Positions 9,254-17,822 of a DNA stretch of 23,748 nucleotides are shown here, piece by piece. The DNA comes from Chlamydiia bacterium (GTDB lineage Bacteria > Chlamydiota > Chlamydiia > Chlamydiales > 2-12-FULL-49-11): NCBI GenBank assembly GCA_044359535.1, contig JBIKLZ010000014.1, positions 1 through 23,748 of the forward strand, in the 5' to 3' direction. Each line of letters opens with the position of its first letter. Positions within the stretch are counted from its first letter, which is position 1. The notes beneath the pieces were generated by a model. That model was not told the DNA's origin. It ran no database searches and saw only the letters and a list, made by a program, of their open reading frames with translations. The translations under genes were made by a program, and so were the position numbers.

Positions 9254-11194
9254 ATGGTTCAAACTACAACTCAAAGCCCTTCTGATAGTTTTTCACGTAC
9301 AACTTCAGGCGAAAAAAGCTTAGCAGATATACTTTCTAGATTAGAGGACCCTCAATTAAAAAGGATTGAAGAGTTAGCCTTAAGACGTATAAATTTTTTC
9401 GGGAGAGGTGTTGCACAAGTAAAAGAAAGTGTGGGAGGCTTATTAAATAAAATATTTAAGCGTGGGACTCCTAATGCCCAACAACCTCAAGAAACAGAGA
9501 AAAGCAAAGTCGAAGCCATTTTTAACAATGTGATTTTAAAAGACGATCTAAAAAATCGGGCAGTGCAATTGTTATCTGAACTTAAGACTGCAAAAGAAAT
9601 TAAGGATGCTTTTATATTAGTAAGAGAGGCAAAAAAAGCTTTAGAAGCAGTAGCACAACCAGTAGCACAAGCAGAAGCAGAAGCAGAAGCAGAAGCAGAA
9701 GCAGAAGCAGAAGCAGAAGCAGAAGATAGAGCAGAAGATGGAGCAGAACAAACAGAAGATGAAACAGGATCAGGATCAGGACCAGAACAAGCAGAAGCAC
9801 GAGCACCAGCACCAGCACAAGCACTAGCATCATCGACAGAAGCAGGAGCAGAAGCAGGATCAGGGGTAGAAGATGGAACAGGATCAGGATCAGGAGTAGA
9901 TGAAACAATACAAACAGCACCAACGACAGGAGCAGAAACAAGAGTAGAAGATGGAACAGGATCAGGAGTAGATGAAACAATACAAACAGCACCAACGACA
10001 GTAGCAGAAAATAAGAATTTTGATACAAAATTAGTAATTGGAGTTACATTATTTGTGCTAGCAGTTCTAGCAGCTATAGCATCAACAGTTCTTTCATTAG
10101 GTTTTTCAATGATTGTTGCTTCAGCGGTAGTTGGAAGTTGCGCCGCTATTTTAGGCATAGGAGGGATTGCAATGATCATAAAGCAAAAAATTCTATGTCC
10201 AAAACAACCACAACCACAACCAGCACAAACACAAGCACAACCAGCACCAGCACCAGCACCAGCACAAGCACAAGCACAAGTACAAGTACCAGTAGACAAT
10301 CAAGAAAGAGAATGGAATAGAATTTTTTTCAATTCAGACGCTGCATTACCTCAAGCTGATGTACACATTGATTTAGCCGATGAGTTTCTATCTCCTCCCG
10401 AAGATGAAAATTTAGGAGTACCAGCACAAGCACCAGCACCAGCACCAGTAACCCCTATTGTTTCTACTAGAGCCTCTGCTCCTACACCTGGACTTTCAAT
10501 GACACATTTTAGACCCTTAAAGAACGAAACATTTGAAGTAACAAGAGAAGAAAAAACAATGTTTAATACATTTTTAAACATTTTGAAAAAAAAGGAACTC
10601 AGTATGTGGCCTGACGGATTTTTTCTAAACAATAACAGTACAAAGATAAAAGCTCCTTGTTTAAGAATATTTCAATGTTTTGAAGATGAAGCTCATTTAA
10701 ACAGCGTTCTAAAATCTTTCGATAGATTACAAAACCAGCGCCTCGAAAGAAAAGAGGTATCAGCAAAAAATTTTAGAATAATCAGTTTGTTAGAAACGGT
10801 ACTTATGGGTGTAGATAGCAATTTAAGACATCCTTTGGTTGCAAAATCAAACAGCTTCAACAACTGTTCAACAGATCAAGTCAAGGAGTTTCAAAACGGA
10901 TTGGACTTGATTGCTTATTTTGATTTAGAAACTGAGGTAAAAGAATATATGGTGGCTGTTCCTCATCATTTATCAACATATAAAGAAGAGATTACAGCAC
11001 TAATAATGGATGCTATTAAAAAACTTATGAATAGCTGTTTTCTAAAAATTTCTTCTTTAAAGGGTGAAGATAAGAAGCAAGCCGCACTTCAAAGAGTGGC
11101 AAGATCAAGAAACCACACATTGGAGCTTATTGGGCACGCTATAGAAGATTCACAACCGCAGCAAGATAATCATGGCGGTGGGGGTTCTAAATAA
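9254..11194 (+). CDS. Putative inclusion-membrane (Inc-like) protein / type III effector with low-complexity repeats
   Basis: 646-aa ORF with AGAGG RBS; S/T/Q-rich N-terminus with no signal peptide; a single ~50-aa bilobed hydrophobic segment (aa 260-309); AE, GSG and PAQ repeats; helical C-terminal domain. The function is inferred from architecture and the chlamydial context. Confidence 0.65.
   Translation: MVQTTTQSPSDSFSRTTSGEKSLADILSRLEDPQLKRIEELALRRINFFGRGVAQVKESVGGLLNKIFKRGTPNAQQPQETEKSKVEAIFNNVILKDDLKNRAVQLLSELKTAKEIKDAFILVREAKKALEAVAQPVAQAEAEAEAEAEAEAEAEAEDRAEDGAEQTEDETGSGSGPEQAEARAPAPAQALASSTEAGAEAGSGVEDGTGSGSGVDETIQTAPTTGAETRVEDGTGSGVDETIQTAPTTVAENKNFDTKLVIGVTLFVLAVLAAIASTVLSLGFSMIVASAVVGSCAAILGIGGIAMIIKQKILCPKQPQPQPAQTQAQPAPAPAPAQAQAQVQVPVDNQEREWNRIFFNSDAALPQADVHIDLADEFLSPPEDENLGVPAQAPAPAPVTPIVSTRASAPTPGLSMTHFRPLKNETFEVTREEKTMFNTFLNILKKKELSMWPDGFFLNNNSTKIKAPCLRIFQCFEDEAHLNSVLKSFDRLQNQRLERKEVSAKNFRIISLLETVLMGVDSNLRHPLVAKSNSFNNCSTDQVKEFQNGLDLIAYFDLETEVKEYMVAVPHHLSTYKEEITALIMDAIKKLMNSCFLKISSLKGEDKKQAALQRVARSRNHTLELIGHAIEDSQPQQDNHGGGGSK
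9671..9724 (+). repeat. Perfect in-frame hexanucleotide microsatellite (GCAGAA)x9 encoding (AE)9
   Basis: Counted directly in the sequence. Confidence 0.95.
9866..10010 (+). repeat. Two-copy direct repeat of about 70 nt (9866-9938 and 9944-10010) encoding VEDGTGS(GS)GVDETIQTAPTT(G/V)AE
   Basis: The copies differ by one GGATCA unit and one substitution (GGA/GTA). Confidence 0.92.
10204..10295 (+). repeat. Degenerate hexamer array (CAACCA / CCAGCA / CAAGCA / CAAGTA) encoding a QP/PA/QA/QV linker; a shorter echo occurs at about 10418-10450
   Basis: Read directly from the sequence. Confidence 0.85.
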
Positions 11195-11204
11195 GACTAA
11201 GGCT

Positions 11205-11250
11205 AAAAAATACTCCCTTTATTTATAAAGGGAGTATTTTGAGTTTTTTT
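11205..11250. terminator. Bidirectional rho-independent terminator between the convergent Inc-like and LptD-like genes
   Basis: Perfect inverted repeat AAAATACTCCCTTTAT (11207-11222) / ATAAAGGGAGTATTTT (11225-11240), with an A-tract on the left and T-tracts on the right. Confidence 0.88.
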
Positions 11251-13458
11251 TTACATTAAGTCAAAACTAAAACTAAAGGCGTTATCTTTTAAGCTGTTTG
11301 TTGCAAGATAGCTAAACTGAAGTCTGTAAGCGTTGCTCACTATCATCGAAAGGTTAAACTTAGTTTGAATGTAGTAAGGGGTATCAGGTCTTATCACATT
11401 TCCAAAAACGTTTACGAGGGCATCTCTTTTTCCAATGTTATTCTCCACTTGAAAGGTCCATAGCGGGGCAATTTGTATTTGCATCTTATTCACAAAACAG
11501 TACCTAGCATCTGAAAGGGGAGTTTGCTCAAGATCTTCTATAGTTCTATAGGAATCTAAGATAAAACTATTATGGTTATCCTTTCTCCACCAGTAAGGTC
11601 CTCGGTTTCTATAGGTTGTTGAAAGGGCGATATAATCGTTAAGGGTCCATCCATAATGGAGATCAAAAAAATCGTATGAGTCGGTTTCAAAATTCCATCC
11701 AAACTTTGCTCCAAAGGCCATCCTTGGGTAGTTCCAAAGAAATTCAACATCCCCTTTGGATAAAGGCTCTAAAAAGGAAGCTTTTGGATTTCCTGCCATT
11801 TCTGGATCATCTGGATTAAAATTTGTGAAAAATCTCATAGCACTCAAGTTGATCGCCATTGTAGGTCTATCCACTGAAAAGCGATCAAAATAGAGTTCAT
11901 TATTTAACCCTATGATGAGTTGATTAAATGCAGCATAACCATCATCAATACTGAATATAAAATGATCTGGATTGTCGGAAGTAGGTTTTGTTAGGCCGTT
12001 ATATTTTACATAAGGTTTAATATAATGAGATAGAGTATCAAATTCACCATGAAAATCTATAGAGGCATCCCCACCATAAGAGCAGACAGCTTGCCAAGTG
12101 GTCCTTTTGTTTTGGTTATTTGTATAAACAATCCCATCAAAACCTACTCGTGGAGTGATGTTAAGGCCATAGAGGTTAAAGGGTCTGTACAGATTTAAAA
12201 GAGCTGAGGCTCTTCCAGAATCAAAATTTGGGATGACATCTCTAATTTGTTCGGCATAAAGGTAGTTTAAGAAGGCCACATTATAGCTTTGTTCTAAATA
12301 GAGCTTTGTATCAAAAAACTCCATCGGTCGCAGAGCCACGTTAAATGTCGGCAACTCTTGTTTAAACCCTTGATAATCGTTTAAACGGGGTCTAGCATAC
12401 AAGCTTACAAAAGCTGGGTCAACCATATATTTAATGAGGGCTTCATTTCGCTCAAGGGTCATAACTTCAAAAACATTTGTTTGAAAGTCTGTTCGCATAA
12501 AACGATCTGAAAGTTTATCCCATTGAACAAATGTCTCAACTTTTCCATCTTCTGTATCCCCTTTGTACTTACCTTGAATACGGTAACGGAGGGCTACCCT
12601 ATTAGGGTTAATATCTAAGGGCCAAATGTTATAGGAGACAAAGTTTCTTGATTCAAGGCTAATCTTTTGGTTTTCTGACTTGTAGTCGACATCTAAAGCC
12701 CCCCCTAAACCTTCATACCAATAGGTGGGGATTTTTACGATATTACCATTTTCATCTTTATACCCAATCCTGTCATCTAAAAATAAGACTCGATACTCAA
12801 GTCTTGCGTAAGCTTGTAAAAAATCATCATCATACATTTTGTAGCGTCCAATAAAAATTGGAACCTGTTGATTTTCTATCCTCATTGTATATGCAATCGG
12901 TGGAGTCTTTTTATATTTTGGATCAAGGGTCATCCCAAAAGTAGGAAGCCACATAAAAGGGACATTGTTTATACGTCCAACCATTGTTTTTGTTGTAGCT
13001 TTTGTCTTGTCGCTTACTGTAATTAATGGAGAGGTCACTTCAAAAGTAGCCGGTTTTCTATCCGATGGAGTAGCAAAGGCTTGCTTTATTTCAAGGGAGC
13101 CATCTTCAAAAAGATAGATCTCTTTACCTCCAGCGATAATATTTCCTACTGTACCCACTCCATTGATAATCACCCCACGTTTTTCATTGAAATCGTAGGT
13201 GAAACTATCTCCAACAATAAAATAGCGGCCAAATTCAATAAGGAGATTTTCAGAAGCAAAAACGGTGTGTTTATCCCCTTCGTTTATATACTGAAAGTTT
13301 TTTGCATAAATGGTAATATCTTCGGTTTTTATTACCCCTCCATGACTACATTCAGCATTATTTTTTCTGAAAACGGGTTTGTTTAATTGAAGGTTTACCT
13401 CATCTGTGGCCGAAAAAAGTGAGGTAAGTATACATGTGGTAGTTAAAAAAATTCTCAT
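11251..13458 (-). CDS. LptD/OstA-like outer-membrane beta-barrel protein (CT351-like); start moved to ATG 13458 (735 aa)
   Basis: Signal-peptide-like MRIFLTTTCILTSLFSA; N-terminal beta-jellyroll-like segment (GDSFTYDFNEKRGVI, NNVPFMWLP); aromatic-rich alternating beta strands; SHYIKPYVKY; C-terminal FSFSFDLM; downstream of maf and the HEAT gene as in chlamydiae. Confidence 0.7.
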   Translation of the reverse strand: MRIFLTTTCILTSLFSATDEVNLQLNKPVFRKNNAECSHGGVIKTEDITIYAKNFQYINEGDKHTVFASENLLIEFGRYFIVGDSFTYDFNEKRGVIINGVGTVGNIIAGGKEIYLFEDGSLEIKQAFATPSDRKPATFEVTSPLITVSDKTKATTKTMVGRINNVPFMWLPTFGMTLDPKYKKTPPIAYTMRIENQQVPIFIGRYKMYDDDFLQAYARLEYRVLFLDDRIGYKDENGNIVKIPTYWYEGLGGALDVDYKSENQKISLESRNFVSYNIWPLDINPNRVALRYRIQGKYKGDTEDGKVETFVQWDKLSDRFMRTDFQTNVFEVMTLERNEALIKYMVDPAFVSLYARPRLNDYQGFKQELPTFNVALRPMEFFDTKLYLEQSYNVAFLNYLYAEQIRDVIPNFDSGRASALLNLYRPFNLYGLNITPRVGFDGIVYTNNQNKRTTWQAVCSYGGDASIDFHGEFDTLSHYIKPYVKYNGLTKPTSDNPDHFIFSIDDGYAAFNQLIIGLNNELYFDRFSVDRPTMAINLSAMRFFTNFNPDDPEMAGNPKASFLEPLSKGDVEFLWNYPRMAFGAKFGWNFETDSYDFFDLHYGWTLNDYIALSTTYRNRGPYWWRKDNHNSFILDSYRTIEDLEQTPLSDARYCFVNKMQIQIAPLWTFQVENNIGKRDALVNVFGNVIRPDTPYYIQTKFNLSMIVSNAYRLQFSYLATNSLKDNAFSFSFDLM

Positions 13459-13465
13459 GGGAGGA

Positions 13466-13494
13466 ATTATACACAATCACTGAATTGTTTTCAA
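13466..13494 (-). promoter_or_regulatory. Near-consensus sigma66/70 promoter TTGAAA-N17-TATAAT for the LptD-like gene; the -35 lies inside the 3' end of the HEAT gene
   Basis: Minus strand reads TTGAAA acaattcagtgattgtg TATAAT tcctccc ATG. Confidence 0.65.
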
Positions 13495-15273
13495 AAGAAC
13501 TCCTGCAAGAGGGGTCCGATTTTTTTCATGACCTGAAATCATTGCTTCGATAATGCAATCCAGTCCAGATTTTTCATGGGTTACGCAAATATGTAAAAAC
13601 GCTTCAATAAGGAGGTGACTTTTTTCTTCTAGGGTCAGTTCATATCCAGGAATCGATCCTTTTTTTTCACTTTTTTGTGTAGGTTTTTCTGATACTTGTA
13701 TAAGTTCATTTTTTCCAAACTCTTTTATCCAACCAATAATTGCCTCTTTATGAATTTCTTTACGGGTACTTTTCCATAAAGAGAGGTGGCAACAGGTTCT
13801 AATAAAAGGGGCCCCTGGCATTTTTGCTTTATGTTCAAGGATTTCATAAGCCTCCTTATCATCAAAATTTTCTAAAAGAGAAATCGCTGTGGGTATTAAA
13901 TGATTTCTTTTTGTCAAAAAAATTTCTTCTATAAGGGTCATAAACAAAGCTCTAGGGAGCTCAATACTTTTTTTTAAGAGGTCATTTTGGATCATCAGTG
14001 TTTGTTGTTGAACCATTTGAACCATTTGCTTTTCTTCTAAAGAAGCTAAAGGTTTAATTTTAATCGCAAAATAGCTTCTTCCTTGTGAAGAGCAGATTTC
14101 TAGATAGTGGCTTGTTGGATCAAGGAAGATAAGATCCTTGATCACTTTTAGACACAAAGGGTCTTTTTGATCTAAAAGGGATAGGGCGCTATTGATTCTT
14201 AGTAGATTATCATCACTATAATAAATTTCATGAAGGGTTTTTTCAGATTCAGAGATAGTGGCAATTAATCGTATTGCAAAAAGATTTCCCCCTCTTGCAA
14301 GATCATGAATTTTTTCTTTAACCTCTGTTTTTCCTAAGATATAAAGGGCATGAAGGGCCGCAAGTTTTGTTTCTAGATGAGGGGAATTGGATAAATGCTC
14401 TAATTTTGAGATGCTATGGGCATCATGAAAGGATCCAAGAGCAAAGGCGGCAGCTTCCTGAATAAAGGGACTTGTGTGAGTTAAAGAATTTCTTAAATTA
14501 GGAATTAACTCCTCGATTCTATGATTTCTTGCTGCAAGGATGGTTGCAAGGTTGAGATTAAGGTCCTTATCACTTATCATTTGCTTCATCATAGAAATGG
14601 CATATTTAGTTCCTGAGAGGGCAAAAAAATCAACAAAGAGGGGGTGGTAGTGTTTATGGACACTATTCATTAAAGCTTCAACTTGCCCTAAAGCCGTTTG
14701 GTTGTGCTTTTGAACAAGAATTGATAGTGCTTGAAGTCTTAACATAATGAAATTTGATGAAAGACAGGATTTGATCAACATATCAGAGTATTCATTATCG
14801 ATGGACTTTAAAACGGAAAGTGTTTTTGCTTGCACTGGAAAAAACCGACTTGTAATTAATTTTCCTAAATAATGAGTAAAGGAGGTTTCATTTGAAATTT
14901 CTATAGCAATTAAGGCAAGAAGGGAGTCTATTTCTGAACCTTTAGTAAGCCCATCTTCTATGATATGCAACGCTATTTCACGAAGTAGGAAAAAATCATG
15001 CTCTTGGGATTTTTGATAGTGCTCTTGATATTTTTTTAATCCTTTTACATGGTCCCCTTTTGAAACTAAATAAAGAATATGACTTTTTAGTAAGGTTTCT
15101 TCAGATATCTCACACTCACTTAAACCGGTATGTTTATTTGTCTCAAGCAACTCTAAAGATTTCATCCTCATTTTTTCTTGAGGGGAGATAGAAGCAACCT
15201 TTTGACCCTCTAAAGAATTTTTTAGAAGAAAAGAAAGTAAAGTTAAGGAGAGGATTTTTTTAGATAGTGCCAT
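13477..15273 (-). CDS. HEAT-repeat exported protein (CT350-like)
   Basis: N-terminal signal-like segment; HEAT/PBS-like units such as PFIQEAAAFALGSF, LETKLAALHALYILG, LLRINSALSLL; chlamydial-type C-terminus GHEKNRTPLAGVLLKTIQ. Confidence 0.72.
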   Translation of the reverse strand: MALSKKILSLTLLSFLLKNSLEGQKVASISPQEKMRMKSLELLETNKHTGLSECEISEETLLKSHILYLVSKGDHVKGLKKYQEHYQKSQEHDFFLLREIALHIIEDGLTKGSEIDSLLALIAIEISNETSFTHYLGKLITSRFFPVQAKTLSVLKSIDNEYSDMLIKSCLSSNFIMLRLQALSILVQKHNQTALGQVEALMNSVHKHYHPLFVDFFALSGTKYAISMMKQMISDKDLNLNLATILAARNHRIEELIPNLRNSLTHTSPFIQEAAAFALGSFHDAHSISKLEHLSNSPHLETKLAALHALYILGKTEVKEKIHDLARGGNLFAIRLIATISESEKTLHEIYYSDDNLLRINSALSLLDQKDPLCLKVIKDLIFLDPTSHYLEICSSQGRSYFAIKIKPLASLEEKQMVQMVQQQTLMIQNDLLKKSIELPRALFMTLIEEIFLTKRNHLIPTAISLLENFDDKEAYEILEHKAKMPGAPFIRTCCHLSLWKSTRKEIHKEAIIGWIKEFGKNELIQVSEKPTQKSEKKGSIPGYELTLEEKSHLLIEAFLHICVTHEKSGLDCIIEAMISGHEKNRTPLAGVLLKTIQ

Positions 15274-15866
15274 AAATTAATGCCGATTTTTGAAAAAAGC
15301 CTTTCAAGGATCTTTACTTCGAACCCTAGCACGTTATGGAAATTTCCCTCAATCTTTTGTATTAATATTCCTGCACCATCTTGGATACCATAGCCTCCTG
15401 CCTTATCAAAAGGTGAGAAAATTTCTATGTATTGGTGAATTTGATCATCACTTAACTCCCTTAAAGTGACAAAGGTGTTTTCATAATCAGAAAGAAAGTT
15501 TCCGTTATAAGAAATAACCATTGCAGAACTTACGATGTGTTTTTTTCCAGAAAGACGTTTTAGCATCTCAAAAGCCTCTTTTTTAGACTCTGGTTTACAG
15601 AAAAACTCTCCATCATGAAAGACGGTTGTGTCGGCAGTAATGATAAGCGCGTGAGGGTGCTTTTTTTCTAAATGGGTCGCTTTAGCCTTTGCAATTTCTT
15701 CAACATAGACTTGAGGCACTTTTGAAAGGGTGACATTTTTTTCATCAATATCGGCGTTTTCTATCGAAAAATCAAAATCAAAGTGGGATAAAATTTCCTT
15801 TCTTCTGGGGGATTGACTTCCCAATATTATTTTAAAATCGCTAATTTTTGGTGAAACAAATGTCAT
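15243..15866 (-). CDS. maf: Maf/YhdE-type nucleoside triphosphate pyrophosphatase (207 aa; start moved to ATG 15866)
   Basis: IILGSQSPRRKEIL, ITADTTV, KPES, LSGKKH, DKAGGYGIQ, NVLG. ATG 15866 overlaps the upstream stop (TAATG). Confidence 0.93.
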   Translation of the reverse strand: MTFVSPKISDFKIILGSQSPRRKEILSHFDFDFSIENADIDEKNVTLSKVPQVYVEEIAKAKATHLEKKHPHALIITADTTVFHDGEFFCKPESKKEAFEMLKRLSGKKHIVSSAMVISYNGNFLSDYENTFVTLRELSDDQIHQYIEIFSPFDKAGGYGIQDGAGILIQKIEGNFHNVLGFEVKILERLFSKIGINLWHYLKKSSP

Positions 15867-17767
15867 TATTTCCCTTTTCCCTTCCCTTTCCCTTGAGTTT
15901 CTGGGATGTAATCGATCCAAATAGGGGTGATGAAAGCGACGTTATCATCTTCTTCTGTGATTCTTAAATAATAAAAAAGGAAATCAGGCCTTTCATCTGA
16001 GGAGGCAATAGTGACAGAAGAGATAGGTTCGCTGTCGTCAAGGGTAAATTCATGGGAATCTTCTAAATCAGTTAAAACGTGATATTTTTCTATGTTTCTG
16101 AAAACAATGATCTCTTTAATTTTTGATGTCGCAGAAATTTTAACTTTAATATGGCGGTTGTATGCAAGGCCTGGCTTATCAGATGTGTTTAATTCTCGAC
16201 CCATAGGTTGACCTGCTATTGAAAAAAAGACAACCATCCGTTTACCTGTGGTTGCATAACAACTTCTGTTGTACAAAGCGTTAAAAAGGTTATCACGAGA
16301 GTACTCTTTACAAAAAATCGCTGTGAGCCCATTTTTATATTCAATTTGATCATTTTGTTCTGCATCTTTGTAGATGCCTCGACTATCTGAACCTCCTGCA
16401 ACAAAACCAAAGCGACAGTTTCGACTTAAAGCTTTTTGAATAGCCCCTTCCTCTGTCTCGCTCATCCCTGTTTTCCTCCCTTTTGTTCTAATAGGGAACG
16501 GATTGCCTTTTTTAATACTGCACTCAGAGGATCCAAAGTTATTAAAAATTTCTACAACCCTTTCAAATTCAGGATTAAATTCCTTAAAGTTAAAAGAAAA
16601 TCCTTTTGCCATAGTCATACAAGGGATAGAAAGAAGTTCCTTTGGCGTATGTGAGCGATAAATTTTTTTAAGGGTATTTGACTTTGAATCTTTCAATCGG
16701 AGTATAGGTTTATTATCTTTTGGGTATATAAAGTGGCGTATTCCCTCTTCAGAAGGCTCTCCAGACCATTGAAATCCAAGCATTGAAACAAATCGTTCCT
16801 CTTCATTAAACTGAGCAATTTGTTGTGAAATAAGCTTCCAATCAGATGCAGGGGTTTGTCCTTCATCTTCAAAAACAGAAGAGGCGAAAAATTGAAGGGC
16901 GTGATCGTCACGAAACGAGCGTAAACAATTTTCGACATCTTCGGCAGATCTATATCTTTTTGATTCAGAGTGAAGCACTCCCCAAAATAGACTATCAGAA
17001 GGTTCATTAGTGCATTCTATAGGAGGTGCATGATAAATAGTGTTAGAGGTTAAGTTTTTGAGTTTTATCCGATAAGTTCCAGGGTCATTAAAGTAAAGGT
17101 TAGGAAGGGATAAATAACCTGTTTCAGGGATAAAAAGTTTCCAATTTAAGTTTTCTCTTAGCTGGCTATAGGAAAGTTCGATTAAGGTGTCTTCCGGCGC
17201 GTAGCCCGTTAGGTTTCCAAAGCCATCTTCAAAACGGAGCAAAAGATCAAATCGATCATTTCGATGTACAACCGATGGCCCAATGATCCGTATATTCTCT
17301 AAAGGACCCCCTTTTACATCCAAGTGAAAAACTTCCGGATCTTTAGGAAAGGCCTTTTTCCCTTTAGGATCGACATACAGATGAAAGGGACGTCTTCTTT
17401 GTGTAAATTCTTGTGCTGTGTTTTTCTTGTCGGTTGCCTTTCCATACGAGCCTATTGTAATCACAAGCTCTTCACCTGCTTTTACAGCTTTATTAAGGGT
17501 AAAATCAAAAACAGCACTATTATCAATCATCTCTTGTGTAGGGATGATCTTTTTTTCTTCACCAATTGTCATCCATATGCAATTGACTTTAACACTTGAG
17601 GATGCTGTTGGGACCATCCATGCCCCATTTTCGCCGTTAGAAAGGATGTCAAATCTTAGGATGGTTTTTTCTGGAAGGTTTGTCCCTGGTATAAATATGA
17701 AATTCCAGTTTCCGCTGTGACCGGCTAATGTGACTGCAGGGTGTGTTTTACAAATTGATCGCGCCAT
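15866..17767 (-). CDS. Conserved chlamydial DUF3604/PHP-like protein (CT425-like)
   Basis: N-terminal MARSIC..HP, RFEDGFGNLT, LFWGVLHSES, PEFERVVEIFNNFGSSE, RFGFVAGG, LYNRSCYATTG, TPIWID; AAGGA RBS. Family recalled from memory; function unknown. Confidence 0.72.
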   Translation of the reverse strand: MARSICKTHPAVTLAGHSGNWNFIFIPGTNLPEKTILRFDILSNGENGAWMVPTASSSVKVNCIWMTIGEEKKIIPTQEMIDNSAVFDFTLNKAVKAGEELVITIGSYGKATDKKNTAQEFTQRRRPFHLYVDPKGKKAFPKDPEVFHLDVKGGPLENIRIIGPSVVHRNDRFDLLLRFEDGFGNLTGYAPEDTLIELSYSQLRENLNWKLFIPETGYLSLPNLYFNDPGTYRIKLKNLTSNTIYHAPPIECTNEPSDSLFWGVLHSESKRYRSAEDVENCLRSFRDDHALQFFASSVFEDEGQTPASDWKLISQQIAQFNEEERFVSMLGFQWSGEPSEEGIRHFIYPKDNKPILRLKDSKSNTLKKIYRSHTPKELLSIPCMTMAKGFSFNFKEFNPEFERVVEIFNNFGSSECSIKKGNPFPIRTKGRKTGMSETEEGAIQKALSRNCRFGFVAGGSDSRGIYKDAEQNDQIEYKNGLTAIFCKEYSRDNLFNALYNRSCYATTGKRMVVFFSIAGQPMGRELNTSDKPGLAYNRHIKVKISATSKIKEIIVFRNIEKYHVLTDLEDSHEFTLDDSEPISSVTIASSDERPDFLFYYLRITEEDDNVAFITPIWIDYIPETQGKGKGKGK

Positions 17768-17791
17768 GATTTTTCCTTTTTTAGTATTTTC

Positions 17792-17820
17792 ACTATAGTA
17801 GGAAAAAGGATAAAAGTCGA
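17792..17820 (-). promoter_or_regulatory. Putative promoter TCGACT-N17-TATAGT for the DUF3604-maf-HEAT genes
   Basis: Minus strand reads TCGACT tttatcctttttcctac TATAGT, followed by a short leader containing AAGGA. Confidence 0.45.
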
Positions 17821-17822
17821 GC

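Noticed and set aside
9866..10010. Direct repeat considered as a CRISPR array or a DGR template/variable repeat pair
   Set aside because: Only two adjacent in-frame copies, no unique spacers, no adenine-specific mismatches, and no cas or reverse transcriptase gene in the window.
9487..10632. Alternative ORFs 9487-10299, 9612-10028, 10351-10632 (-) and 10138-10320 (+) with poly-L, CA/SA or TS runs
   Set aside because: Shadow frames produced by the stop-free triplet/hexamer repeats of the Inc-like gene; no independent expression signals were seen.
9038..11250. Inc-like locus as a mobile element
   Set aside because: No transposase or integrase, terminal inverted repeats, target-site duplication or adjacent tRNA was found.
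15867..15920. ORF-track N-terminal extension of maf
   Set aside because: It overlaps the upstream gene's coding end; ATG 15866 gives a typical Maf length and TAATG coupling.
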